The notes beneath the pieces are model-generated. The model had not been told where the DNA came from. It saw only the letters and a program-made list of their open reading frames with translations, and searched no databases. Positions 1-8,724 of a stretch of 64,000 nucleotides of DNA are shown here, one piece after another. This DNA is from Treponema sp. Lineage in GTDB: Bacteria; Spirochaetota; Spirochaetia; Treponematales; Treponemataceae. Both the position numbers and the translations under genes were made by a program. Every line of letters starts with the position of its first letter. Position 1 is the first letter of the stretch. The stretch is from assembly GCA_022510865.1 (NCBI GenBank), contig JAFLSQ010000004.1:28539-92538 (forward strand), read 5' to 3'.

Positions 1-285
1 AGGCTTTTTGGAATCAAAGGGTCTGTTCAGACTGACGAGTGCTATATCGTAATCGTCGGAACGCAGGAGAAGAAGATAGGCGTGATGGTTGACGCGCTTA
101 TTGGCGAGGAAGATGTCGTAATCAAACCGCTGAAAGATCAGTTCACCAATTCCCCGGGAATTGCGGGTGCGTCAATCCTTGGTGATGGTTCTGTTTCGTT
201 GGTTATTGATGTTAGCAAACTTCTTGAGCTTGGAATTAAGCAGGAGCTGATTGCCCAAGGACAGGAAGAATATGTGCAGGATTAG
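1..285 (+). CDS. cheA: Chemotaxis histidine kinase CheA, C-terminal fragment (CheW-like P5 domain); the 5' end lies outside the window
   Basis: Frame 1 is open from nt 1 to the stop at 283-285. The tail GIAGASILGDGSVSLVIDVSKLLEL looks like the CheW-like domain that ends CheA. It is followed by cheW-cheX-cheY. Confidence 0.65.
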   Translation, partial: RLFGIKGSVQTDECYIVIVGTQEKKIGVMVDALIGEEDVVIKPLKDQFTNSPGIAGASILGDGSVSLVIDVSKLLELGIKQELIAQGQEEYVQD

Positions 286-295
286 GAGTTAAAAT

Positions 296-1672
296 ATGAG
301 CGAAGAAAATGAAGTTGCAGTTGCGACAGAAGTTGCTCCTAAAGAGACCGAAAATTCTACAGTAATTGACTTTAAAATGGTGACTTTCTCACTTGCAGAC
401 AGGGATTATTCCATTGACATCATGCATGTGAAAGAGATTGCAAAGGCGAGTCGCTTTACTTTTGTTCCGAACACTCTGCCGTTCGTGCTAGGTGTGTATA
501 ATCTTCGTGGTGAGATTATCCCCATCCTTGATTTAAGGCTTTTCTTCAACATTGATGTTCCGGAGCGAGATGAGAACAAACTGGAGAATATGCTCATTCT
601 TACAGTGGATGACCAGAAATTCGGTGTTGTCGTAGATAAGATTGACAAAGTTATCGGTGTTCAGCGCAGTACAATCCAGCCGCCGCATCCGTTGTTCGGT
701 GACATTAACATCAAGTATATTGATGGTGTGGTTGAGAGCAACAGCAGATTGTACGTCTTGCTGGACATAACAAAAATTTTCTCTTCCAAAGAGGTTGCGG
801 AGTCTTACTCTGAGAATCATTTCCGTGAAAAGGCGCAGTTCGGCATGGATTCAAAGCCTGCGATTGCTCAGCATACCGGCGGTCTGAAAGCGGCTGCTTC
901 CGCTGTCATTGCGAAGAATCCGCCTGCTGCGCCGAAAGAGCCGGAAATCGATTTGAAGTTCATTAAGGAGTCTTTGCAGAACTATTCAAAATTCTATGTT
1001 TCTGTGTTCAACGAGGCTTGGGTCAAAGACAGATATGTTGAGTGGTCTGGCAACAGCAAGAAGCAGATTCAGAATGCGGCCGAGGCAAAACAGTTCCTGG
1101 AGCCGTTCTGGTCAACCTGCACCGATTCTTGGTGGACAAAAGACTATGCCGCCAAAGTTGAGAAATTGTTGCCGGATAACAGCGCGAAGCAGATTGTCGT
1201 CTGGAATCCTGGATGCGGAAAGGGAATGGAGACTTATTCTCTTGCCTGTGTGCTTAAAAAACGCTATCCGGGTTCTAAAATCAAAATATATGCACAGGAT
1301 ATTGACCTTCTGAACGTCTCAAATGCGTCTCTGATGTCTATTCCTGAAAAATTAGCTACAGATTGGTATGGTTCTTATTTGACAAAAAAAGCAAATGGGG
1401 AGTATACTTTTAGTCAGGAGATAAAAGACAGCATCATGTTTGAGTATCATGATTGCAAGAATGCGAATGCCCTGCCGATGGTGGACATTATTTTTGCGCG
1501 TGATGTTCTTTCATTGCTGGATGAAAAATCTCAGGAGACAGTTGCTGCTGATTTCCTTGAGAAAATGAAGGGTAACGGAATTGCCGTAATCGGTGAGAAT
1601 GAGGCAATGCCTTCATCCTTGAGTTTTGGCGAAAAGACTGTAGGTACGCTTGTTGCGTATAGCAAAGAATAA
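296..1672 (+). CDS. cheW: CheW domain fused to a CheR-like SAM-methyltransferase domain
   Basis: The N-terminal part has a CheW fold signature (FSLADRDYSIDIMHVKEI, VLGVYNLRGEIIPILDLR). The C-terminal part has CheR-like motifs VVWNPGCGKGMETYSLA, IYAQDID and IFARDVLSLL. Confidence 0.8.
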   Translation: MSEENEVAVATEVAPKETENSTVIDFKMVTFSLADRDYSIDIMHVKEIAKASRFTFVPNTLPFVLGVYNLRGEIIPILDLRLFFNIDVPERDENKLENMLILTVDDQKFGVVVDKIDKVIGVQRSTIQPPHPLFGDINIKYIDGVVESNSRLYVLLDITKIFSSKEVAESYSENHFREKAQFGMDSKPAIAQHTGGLKAAASAVIAKNPPAAPKEPEIDLKFIKESLQNYSKFYVSVFNEAWVKDRYVEWSGNSKKQIQNAAEAKQFLEPFWSTCTDSWWTKDYAAKVEKLLPDNSAKQIVVWNPGCGKGMETYSLACVLKKRYPGSKIKIYAQDIDLLNVSNASLMSIPEKLATDWYGSYLTKKANGEYTFSQEIKDSIMFEYHDCKNANALPMVDIIFARDVLSLLDEKSQETVAADFLEKMKGNGIAVIGENEAMPSSLSFGEKTVGTLVAYSKE

Positions 1673-1683
1673 AGGAGATAAAA

Positions 1684-2166
1684 ATGCGCGTAGAGTATAT
1701 CAATCCGTTTGTAGAGACTTCATTTCGGGTTCTTCAGGAGGTTCTTGGAGGTGCAGAGGTAAAACGAGGTGATTTGTATCTGAAGTCAACTGCAATGCCT
1801 GTAATGGGTGTGGCTGCATTGGTCGGTCTTGCCGGTGATGTTGAGGGGCGTGTGCTTTTTGATATGACCATGGAGACTGCCTTGAATGTTGCTTCTGCAA
1901 TGAATGGTGAGACTTTGGCAGAGTTCGATGATCTTGCGAAAGCGACAATCAGCGAGCTGGCGAACCTTATCACCGCTCAGGCCGTTACAAAACTGCATGA
2001 GCTTGGTTTCAGGTTTGACCTTACACCCCCGGCTTTGTTCGTAGGTCAGAAAATGGAGATTGCCGCATTGGGTGGTACGACAGACAGCGTGGAGGCTTTA
2101 ATCGTTCCTTTGCTTTCAGACTGTGGTAAAATCGAGGTAAACGTTTCTATCAGGGAACGAGCATAA
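1684..2166 (+). CDS. cheX: CheY-P phosphatase CheX (CheC/CheX family)
   Basis: 160 aa. MRVEYINPFVETSFRVLQEVLG and the C-terminal LTPPALFVG...IEVNVSIRE resemble spirochete CheX. It sits between cheW and cheY. GGAG RBS upstream. Confidence 0.8.
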   Translation: MRVEYINPFVETSFRVLQEVLGGAEVKRGDLYLKSTAMPVMGVAALVGLAGDVEGRVLFDMTMETALNVASAMNGETLAEFDDLAKATISELANLITAQAVTKLHELGFRFDLTPPALFVGQKMEIAALGGTTDSVEALIVPLLSDCGKIEVNVSIRERA

Positions 2167-2190
2167 ATAGTCTATTTTAAGGAGATAAAA

Positions 2191-2604
2191 ATGAAAACAG
2201 GAGCAGACAATCTTACAATCAGCAAGGATGACGGAAGCGCTTTCAAAGTGTTGGTTGTTGACGATTCTATGTTCGTAGCTAAGCAGCTCAGCCAGATTCT
2301 TACCAGCGAGGGTTATGAGGTTGTGGCAACTGCTGCTGATGGAAAAGAGGGTGTTGATAAATACAAGGAATTGTGTCCGAATGTTGATTTGGTGACAATG
2401 GATATTACAATGCCTAAAATGGATGGTATCACAGCACTTGAGCAGATTATGGCTTTTGATAAAAACGCTAAGGTCGTCATGGTAAGTGCTCTTGGTAAGG
2501 AAGAGCTTGTGAAAAAATCACTTATGACCGGTGCTAAGAGCTATATCATAAAGCCGCTTGACCGTAAAAAGGTTCTTGAGAGACTTGCAAAAGTTTTGCA
2601 GTAG
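2191..2604 (+). CDS. cheY: Chemotaxis response regulator CheY
   Basis: Single receiver domain: VLVVDDS acidic pocket, LVTMDITMP phospho-acceptor Asp, IIKP lysine. AAGGAG RBS. Confidence 0.9.
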   Translation: MKTGADNLTISKDDGSAFKVLVVDDSMFVAKQLSQILTSEGYEVVATAADGKEGVDKYKELCPNVDLVTMDITMPKMDGITALEQIMAFDKNAKVVMVSALGKEELVKKSLMTGAKSYIIKPLDRKKVLERLAKVLQ

Positions 2605-2611
2605 TTTTTCT

Positions 2612-2645
2612 AAAAATGCTTCGTGCTCTGGCACGAAGCATTTTT
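2612..2645. terminator. Bidirectional hairpin terminator between cheY and the convergent regulator gene
   Basis: AAAAATGCTTCGTGC-tctg-GCACGAAGCATTTTT: a perfect 15-bp stem with an A-run on one side and a T-run on the other. Confidence 0.75.
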
Positions 2646-3393
2646 ATTCGCTGATGAATTTTATGAACCTGTAATATTCACCGTCTTTTCTGATTATAAA
2701 TTTAGCCTGCTTGTCATCGCGGATAATCCCTCTGAGTTTTGATAGCATGACATAAAGCGAGCGTTCCGATATTTGTTTTTTATCCTCCTCGTAGCATTTC
2801 TGAATGTCCGTGATGGTCATTCGCAGGTCTTTGTTTCTTTGCAAAATTTTAAGCAGATAAAAAAGACTGTCCGGCAGATTACTGCGCTTTCTGAAATCCT
2901 CAGTGCCGCAATCCTGCTGCTGGTTGATGTATTCAAGCGTGATTTTCGGATTCACAAGTTCTTTAGGGAACGGTTTGGGCATCACCATCAGTTTGATGGA
3001 CTGGCTGAGCGTCTCGCTCTCAACGAGAGCCTGCAAATCATCAAAAACAGGGTCAAGCCTGTCAACGTCGATTGCGCGGTCTTTGTTCTGGATGATGTTT
3101 ATCTGCGATTTCCAGTGCGATTTTCTGCTTTTTCTTGTGAGGCACGGATCGTTGTAGAAAATGCACGGGCAGTTTGTTTTTCTTTTTTCGAGGTATGCGT
3201 AAATGTTGAAAATATCATGATTGAAAATTACGTAATCCAGAATCATCAGGTCTGGAGGGGCGGATGAGCGGTCGATTGAGGTGAGAAAATCCTCCAGATT
3301 GCTGAAAACGATGCAGAGAAAGCCTTTTGAGGTGAAGTGGTCGTGGAAAATGGCGTTTATCTCCGGCTGCGTGGAAAAAATGTACAGTCTCAT
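2644..3393 (-). CDS. OmpR/PhoB-type winged-helix regulator with a degenerate receiver-like N-terminal domain
   Basis: The N-terminus MRLYIFSTQ...DLMILDYVIF is receiver-like but lacks the DD acidic pair. The C-terminus SLYVMLSKLRGIIRDD..FIIRKDGEYYRF resembles the OmpR trans_reg_C wing. Start set at ATG 3393; the ORF track start 3411 is an alternative. Confidence 0.55.
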   Translation of the reverse strand: MRLYIFSTQPEINAIFHDHFTSKGFLCIVFSNLEDFLTSIDRSSAPPDLMILDYVIFNHDIFNIYAYLEKRKTNCPCIFYNDPCLTRKSRKSHWKSQINIIQNKDRAIDVDRLDPVFDDLQALVESETLSQSIKLMVMPKPFPKELVNPKITLEYINQQQDCGTEDFRKRSNLPDSLFYLLKILQRNKDLRMTITDIQKCYEEDKKQISERSLYVMLSKLRGIIRDDKQAKFIIRKDGEYYRFIKFISE

Positions 3394-3399
3394 CGGTTG

Positions 3400-3427
3400 A
3401 TTATACACCATATTTTTGGATGCGCAA
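3400..3427 (-). promoter_or_regulatory. Candidate sigma70 promoter abutting the regulator start codon (leaderless arrangement)
   Basis: Minus strand: TTGCGC-16 nt-TATAAT, then 6 nt (caaccg), then ATG 3393. No Shine-Dalgarno. Confidence 0.4.
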
Positions 3428-3535
3428 AAAAATGTGTGGCGGGACAGGCCGGAAAATCAGAAGCGGGAATATCGGTGTGGAAAAAATCGCGGTTATGTGC
3501 TAGAATTCCGGCAGACTTTTTGTGTGAGGTTTTGT

Positions 3536-5128
3536 ATGGATTTTTATCGCAGAAGCGGCGTGCTTCTTCATCCGACATCTTTGCCCGGACGTGGCGGCAT
3601 AGGCACGCTTGGAAAATCGGCGTATGATTTTGTGGACTGGCTTAAAGATGCGGGGCAGACTTTGTGGCAGGTTCTTCCGTTCGGCCCAACCGGTTACGGC
3701 GACTCGCCATACGCTTCGTTCTCCACTTTTGCGGGAAATCCCCTGCTCATTGACCTGGACTTGCTTTTTGAGCGCGGTTGGTGCAAAAAATCGGATGTTG
3801 TTCCGCCGGACTACATCAAGGCTGACGGCAACGTTGATTTTGGCGCGGTGGTCTGGTGGAAAATGCCCGTCCTGAAAAATGCGGCGCAATATTTTCTGGA
3901 GACCGCATCTGCGGACGACCTGGCTCTTTACAAAAGATTCTGCAAGGATAAGAAGAGCTGGCTTGATATGTTCGCGACTTTTATGTCCATAAAATCTTAT
4001 TATGATAAAAAGGCTGAGGATGAGAAGCCCGCCTCCTCGCTTTGGAACGTTTACTGGCCCGCCGCGCTTTCCCGTTGCGAGAGCGATGCGGTGCGCGACT
4101 GGCAGAAATCGCACAAGGATGAGATTGAGACGCTCAAGGTCATCCAGTTTTTCTTTGATTTTCAGTGGCAGGCTCTGAAAAAAGCGGCGAACGACAACGG
4201 CATCTTGCTCATCGGCGATATTCCGATTTTTGTTGCGCCTGACAGCGCGGACGTGTGGGGAAATCAGAGCTTGTTCCAGCTGAAAACTGACGGCTCGCTT
4301 TCCTGCGTTGCCGGTGTTCCGCCTGATTATTTCAGCGCGGACGGGCAGTTGTGGGGAAATCCGCTGTATGACTGGGATGAGATGCGCGCGACAAACTATG
4401 ACTGGTGGATAAGACGCATAAAACGTGTGTTTGAGCTTACCGATGTCCTCCGGATTGACCATTTCCGCGGTTTTGAGGCTTACTGGTCTGTTTCCGCCGG
4501 CGAGAAAACTGCCATAAACGGAAAATGGGAGAAAGGTCCCGGCCAGTCGCTTTTTAAGGCGGTGCGTCAGAGGCTCGGCAATCTTCCGATTATCGCGGAG
4601 GATTTGGGTGTCATAACCGATGAGGTTCGTGCCCTTCGCGATGACTGCGGCTTTCCCGGGATGAAAGTCCTGCAATTCGCGTTCAGCACGGACGAGGCTG
4701 AGCAGAACGGAATGACCAACTGCTTTCTGCCTCACACTTTCACATCACAGAATTGCGTGATGTACACCGGGACGCACGACAACGACACTCTGCAAGGCTG
4801 GCTTGAGAAACTGGATGACAAACAGCTTCTTCTTGTCGCCCAGTACATCGAGGGGAGCGCGCTTTCTGTGGAAAAATGCAGGTCGCTCGTAAAAAGCGGC
4901 GCTCTTCGCAGTGATATGATAAAAACAGTTTTCTCATCAACTGCGGTATACGCAATCATACCAATGCAGGATATTCTTGGCGTTGACAATGAGGGGCGAA
5001 TGAACACGCCGTCCACAACCGGCGCGAACTGGGCATGGCGGATGAAAAAGACATCGCTCAAAAAATCACTTGCCGAGAACCTGCGTTTTCTCTCCGGGAT
5101 GTACGGAAGAAATCTGCCGGAAAATTAG
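3536..5128 (+). CDS. malQ: 4-alpha-glucanotransferase (amylomaltase, GH77)
   Basis: Motifs GVLLHPTSLPG, PFGPTGYGDSPY, LIGDIPIFV, RIDHFRGF, IAEDLG, TGTHDN. Start moved to ATG 3536 (MDFYRRSGVLLHP), which has a GAGG RBS. Confidence 0.9.
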   Translation: MDFYRRSGVLLHPTSLPGRGGIGTLGKSAYDFVDWLKDAGQTLWQVLPFGPTGYGDSPYASFSTFAGNPLLIDLDLLFERGWCKKSDVVPPDYIKADGNVDFGAVVWWKMPVLKNAAQYFLETASADDLALYKRFCKDKKSWLDMFATFMSIKSYYDKKAEDEKPASSLWNVYWPAALSRCESDAVRDWQKSHKDEIETLKVIQFFFDFQWQALKKAANDNGILLIGDIPIFVAPDSADVWGNQSLFQLKTDGSLSCVAGVPPDYFSADGQLWGNPLYDWDEMRATNYDWWIRRIKRVFELTDVLRIDHFRGFEAYWSVSAGEKTAINGKWEKGPGQSLFKAVRQRLGNLPIIAEDLGVITDEVRALRDDCGFPGMKVLQFAFSTDEAEQNGMTNCFLPHTFTSQNCVMYTGTHDNDTLQGWLEKLDDKQLLLVAQYIEGSALSVEKCRSLVKSGALRSDMIKTVFSSTAVYAIIPMQDILGVDNEGRMNTPSTTGANWAWRMKKTSLKKSLAENLRFLSGMYGRNLPEN

Positions 5129-5334
5129 CGCGTCTGCAAAGTCTGCGCATTTTTGGCTGATTTTTTGCCTTTGCGCCAGAATCAGGTCTCTGGGCTGCGC
5201 CGCTCCGTTCGGGAAGTGTGCGGCGGATTTCTCGGCTGTTTCGTCCGCTTGCTGCCACAGGTCAGATTTTCTGTCTGCAATGCGCTTTTTGCCAAATTCA
5301 CGCATTAAGTCCGGGGATTTTTTTGCGGAGACTC

Positions 5335-5358
5335 CGGATTGGAAATCCGCTTTTTTTT
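5335..5358 (+). terminator. Small stem-loop followed by T8 inside the malQ-deoD spacer
   Basis: CGGATT-gga-AATCCG followed by CTTTTTTTT. The stem is weak (6 bp). Confidence 0.35.
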
Positions 5359-5493
5359 GTTTGATTTTTCTGCGGTTTGCGGTGAGAAAATCCGTGGGGC
5401 GTGACAGTTTTGCGGAAGTTGCGGTGAGGCAATCAGATTTTTCCGGCGCATTAAAAATGCGCGAATGTGCTTTAGTTTTTTTGGTTTTGCGTT

Positions 5494-5499
5494 TATAAT
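5494..5499 (+). promoter_or_regulatory. Consensus -10 box 7 nt upstream of the deoD ATG
   Basis: TATAAT-tgcacgt-ATG. No purine-rich RBS lies between them. The -35 is poor (TTTAGT with a 17-nt spacer). Confidence 0.4.
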
Positions 5500-5506
5500 T
5501 GCACGT

Positions 5507-6214
5507 ATGAGTACGCATATAAACGCTCCGAGCGGGGCAATCGCAGACAAAATTCTGCTTCCCGGCGATCCGCTTCGCGCCAAATTCATCGCCGAGAATT
5601 TCCTTGAGAATCCGGTTTGCTATAACGAGGTGCGCGGAATGCTGGGCTTCACGGGCACTTACAAAGGCGTGCGCGTGTCAGTTCAGGGCACCGGGATGGG
5701 TCAGCCGTCACTTTCGATTTATGCGCATGAGCTTTTTGACTGCTACGGTGTCCGCAAGGCAATCCGCGTGGGAACCTGCGGCGCTGTGAGCGAGGATGTT
5801 GAGCTGCGCGATGTGATTCTTGCGAACGGCGCGTGCACGGACTCGTCCCTGCAAAATCAGCGGTTCGGAATGCTTCATTACGCGCCTGTCCCGGATTTCT
5901 CGCTGCTTTACACCGCGTTCAACAAGGCAAAGGAGATGGGGCTGCGGACTGTCGTCGGGCAGTGCGTCTCCAGCGACCGTTTTTATGATGACAACGAGAA
6001 CTGGAGGCTCTGGAAAAAGTACGGAGTCAAAGGGATTGAAATGGAATCCGCCGAATTGTATACTTTAGCGGCGGAATTCAACAGGAAAGCCCTGACAATC
6101 CTCACGGTGAGCGACCACATTCTGAAAGGAACGGCTACTACTGCCGAGGAGCGTCAGACAACTTTCAAAGATATGATGATTCTTGCGCTTGAGACCATAA
6201 TTCACGAAGACTAA
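5507..6214 (+). CDS. deoD: Purine nucleoside phosphorylase DeoD type
   Basis: [33 protein letters not shown] matches the DeoD N-terminus. GTGMGQPS and EMESAELY motifs are present. Start set at ATG 5507 by similarity to the DeoD N-terminus. Confidence 0.9.
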   Translation: MSTHINAPSGAIADKILLPGDPLRAKFIAENFLENPVCYNEVRGMLGFTGTYKGVRVSVQGTGMGQPSLSIYAHELFDCYGVRKAIRVGTCGAVSEDVELRDVILANGACTDSSLQNQRFGMLHYAPVPDFSLLYTAFNKAKEMGLRTVVGQCVSSDRFYDDNENWRLWKKYGVKGIEMESAELYTLAAEFNRKALTILTVSDHILKGTATTAEERQTTFKDMMILALETIIHED

Positions 6215-6230
6215 AAAAATTGGAGCGAAA

Positions 6231-7145
6231 ATGAAACCTACATTGCTAGTTCTTGCGGCCGGAATGGGAAGCCGTTACGGCGGAGTTAAACAGATAGACG
6301 GAGTTGGCATGAATGATGAGTGCCTGCTTGATTTTGCGGCTTATGACGCGATGAAAAGCGGATTCGGGAAAGTCGTGTTCATAATCAGAAAGGATATTGA
6401 GCAGGCTTTCCGCGAGCGGCTTTTTGACCGCATTGCCCGCAATTTTGACGCGGAGTACGTTTTCCAGCAGCACGACTCTCTTCTTACACCGGCGCAGATT
6501 AAGGCGAGCGCGTCAAGGGAAAAGCCATGGGGAACCACTCATGCGGTTTTGTGTGCCGAAAGCGCGCTGAAAACTCCGTTCGCGGTAATCAATTCGGATG
6601 ATTATTACGGCCGCAAGGCGTTTGAGGTTCTGGGAAAATACCTTGCGTCAATTGAGCCGGACAGTCCCGAGCACGCGATGGTCGGCTATGTGCTTGGCAA
6701 CACGATGAGCCGCAACGGTTCTGTCTCGCGCGGCGTGTGCACTGTCGAGAATGACAGGCTTGTGAAAATCGTTGAGAATCTTAAAATTTATTATGGCGAT
6801 GGTGATACTGTAATCAGTGAGCAGCCGGACCGCACCAATAAAATCCTCACCGGAAAAGAGTGGGTCAGCATGAATTTTTTTGGGTTCAGTCTCAAGGCGT
6901 TAGAGGAATTTCACGTCTACTGGGAGAATTTCATCAGGGATAATGCGGCGTCACCCAAGGCGGAGGCACTGCTTCCCGTCGCCGCAAGCGATATAATCGC
7001 GCATAATCAGGGAGAAATCAGGTTTTTCACATCGGATGAGACTTGGTTCGGCATGACGTACCCGGAGGACCGTCAGATTGTAAAAGATGCGATTGTGGGG
7101 AAAATCAAAGACGGATATTATCCGCAGCGGCTTTGGGCCAAATAA
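6231..7145 (+). CDS. Sugar-phosphate nucleotidyltransferase family protein (substrate not assignable)
   Basis: The N-terminal LVLAAGMGSRYGGVKQ is a glycine-rich NTP-transferase loop. VINSDDYYG motif. GGAG RBS. Lies directly upstream of manA. Confidence 0.6.
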   Translation: MKPTLLVLAAGMGSRYGGVKQIDGVGMNDECLLDFAAYDAMKSGFGKVVFIIRKDIEQAFRERLFDRIARNFDAEYVFQQHDSLLTPAQIKASASREKPWGTTHAVLCAESALKTPFAVINSDDYYGRKAFEVLGKYLASIEPDSPEHAMVGYVLGNTMSRNGSVSRGVCTVENDRLVKIVENLKIYYGDGDTVISEQPDRTNKILTGKEWVSMNFFGFSLKALEEFHVYWENFIRDNAASPKAEALLPVAASDIIAHNQGEIRFFTSDETWFGMTYPEDRQIVKDAIVGKIKDGYYPQRLWAK

Positions 7146-7157
7146 TTGTGAGGAAAA

Positions 7158-7967
7158 ATGCTTAGACTTAATGCCATAAAATCTGAGAAAATTTGGGGAT
7201 ACGAGCTTTGGATTGCCTCGACGCATCCCAACGGATGCCAGGACGATTTCTCTGCTTTCTGCAAGGGAGACTATCCGCTTCTGGTGAAGGTCATTCAGGC
7301 GGATGACACGCTCTCGATTCAGGTTCACCCCGATGATGAGTGGGCGGTCAGGCTGGAAGGCGAGGGCAGCCGCGGAAAAACCGAGTGCTGGTATGTCCTT
7401 GACGCGAAGCCGGCCGCAAAAATCGTCTACGGAATAAAAGAGGGATTTTCAAACGATGTGCTTGCGAAGGCAATCACCGAGAACACGCTTGAGGATTATC
7501 TTGAGTTTGTGAGCGTCAAAAAAGGCGACTTCATTTTTATTCCTGCCGGAACAGTCCATGCCATCGGTGCGGGGCTGCGCCTCATGGAAGTCCAGCAGTC
7601 CTGCGATCTGACTTACCGGCTTTACGACTGGGGACGCGGCCGTGAGGTTCACATCGACAAAGGCCTTGCCGTCATCAAGCGCGAGGATATGATTGATGTC
7701 GCGCCTTTTCCAAAAGAATTCGACTGCAAATATTTCACTTTGCAGGAAATTGACGTGAAAGGCGGATGGAGCATGCTTTGCCCGGATGGAGACGGGCCTG
7801 AGGCAGTCCAGCTGCTTTATGTCCTTGATGAGAGCGGTGCTGTGATTCGTGGCGGTGACGATGAGGGCGGCACAAAACTTTCTGCGGAGGAGATTTTCGC
7901 CGTGCGGCCAGGTGAGAAAATCACAGTCGAGGGCGCGGCAAAAATCATGAGGATAATCGCAAAATGA
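7158..7967 (+). CDS. manA: Mannose-6-phosphate isomerase, class I (short bacterial type)
   Basis: KIWGYELW, LLVKVIQADDTLSIQVHPDD, GKTECWYVL, IPAGTVHAIG and DLTYRLYDWGR are cupin PMI type I motifs. Confidence 0.8.
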   Translation: MLRLNAIKSEKIWGYELWIASTHPNGCQDDFSAFCKGDYPLLVKVIQADDTLSIQVHPDDEWAVRLEGEGSRGKTECWYVLDAKPAAKIVYGIKEGFSNDVLAKAITENTLEDYLEFVSVKKGDFIFIPAGTVHAIGAGLRLMEVQQSCDLTYRLYDWGRGREVHIDKGLAVIKREDMIDVAPFPKEFDCKYFTLQEIDVKGGWSMLCPDGDGPEAVQLLYVLDESGAVIRGGDDEGGTKLSAEEIFAVRPGEKITVEGAAKIMRIIAK

Positions 7968-8587
7968 TGCTTTTCACTTTCCTTTTTTTCGTGATTGTTG
8001 TCGCCGGAATTTTGATTACAAAAAAAAACAGGGCGGTCACGCCGGTTCTGTTCGCCGGCATATTGTCCGCGGTTTTGGTGTGCCTGTTCAGGATGTTTTT
8101 TGTGTTCGCGCACCGCGTCATAACTTATTCATTCTGGAACAATTTTTTTTACATCGCGATGAACCAGACCTTGCTTCCCGTTCTGATTCTGTGCGGACTT
8201 TTTCTCCTGATTTCCAGAGACCCTCCGGAATACAAACTTGACGGTCTTTTTCCGCTCACCGCGTCATTTTATATGGTTTATCTTCCTTTTTGCATCGTGA
8301 GCACCTCAGAGGGATTGTATTCCGCTTTCGCTCTTTTTGCAAAGCCCGTGATGTTCGCGGCAATGCTTCTCATGCTCTCTTTTTCCGCAAGGCAGATAAA
8401 CAAGGCGGCCACGGGCAGAAAAATCCTGCCGGTGTTTCTGTTCGCCGCGCTCGCGCTTGTCTGCCTTCTGATTCCCGCCGCGATTGAGGCAATGTACATT
8501 CTGACAGCAAACGCGTCCGTGGCTTTTGTGTGCGCGGCGGCGTTCTGTGTTCCGCCCGTCCTGCTGCTCGCGCTGCGCCTCGCATAA
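7964..8587 (+). CDS. Multi-pass membrane protein of unknown function
   Basis: 207 aa with about 6 hydrophobic helices. The start overlaps the manA stop (ATGA), so it is probably co-translated with the upstream operon. Confidence 0.5.
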   Translation: MMLFTFLFFVIVVAGILITKKNRAVTPVLFAGILSAVLVCLFRMFFVFAHRVITYSFWNNFFYIAMNQTLLPVLILCGLFLLISRDPPEYKLDGLFPLTASFYMVYLPFCIVSTSEGLYSAFALFAKPVMFAAMLLMLSFSARQINKAATGRKILPVFLFAALALVCLLIPAAIEAMYILTANASVAFVCAAAFCVPPVLLLALRLA

Positions 8588-8673
8588 TCCGTTCCAATTT
8601 TTGTGAATAAGCGATAATCTTGCATCGGCCGGTTTCAAAATCTTGAACAACAGCGGATAGTCCGTCCGTTTTG

Positions 8674-8707
8674 GGATTTTTCTGCTGACCGTCAAGCAGA
8701 AAAATCC
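8674..8707. repeat. Perfect 13-bp inverted repeat with an 8-nt spacer
   Basis: GGATTTTTCTGCT-gaccgtca-AGCAGAAAAATCC. It has no flanking U-tract and lies in a convergent intergenic region. Confidence 0.9.
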
Positions 8708-8724
8708 GCCTTGCAGGAGAACGC

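Noticed and set aside
3500-4735. 411-aa ORF antisense to malQ. Similar long antisense ORFs occur at 13355-14485 (rsmH/ftsL), 34572-35498 (fliH), 35720-36799 (fliI), 43912-44976 (permeases), 22267-22962 (dprA) and 20686-21390 (recombinase).
   Set aside because: Each is fully embedded opposite a gene with unambiguous family motifs. The translations are Arg-rich and motif-free, and they lack RBS or promoter context.
5066-5518. 150-aa (minus) and 142-aa (plus, 5070-5498) ORFs spanning the malQ-deoD spacer.
   Set aside because: Both overlap the ends of real genes and have no RBS. The products are compositionally odd (very basic, or Cys-rich). They are kept only as part of the finding that the spacer is unexplained.
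8672-8686. Reading TGGGGATTTTTCTGC as a sigma54 (-24 GG / -12 GC) promoter.
   Set aside because: The GG-to-GC spacing is one nt short of the TGGCAC-N5-TTGC geometry. The site also sits between two convergent gene ends with nothing downstream to transcribe.
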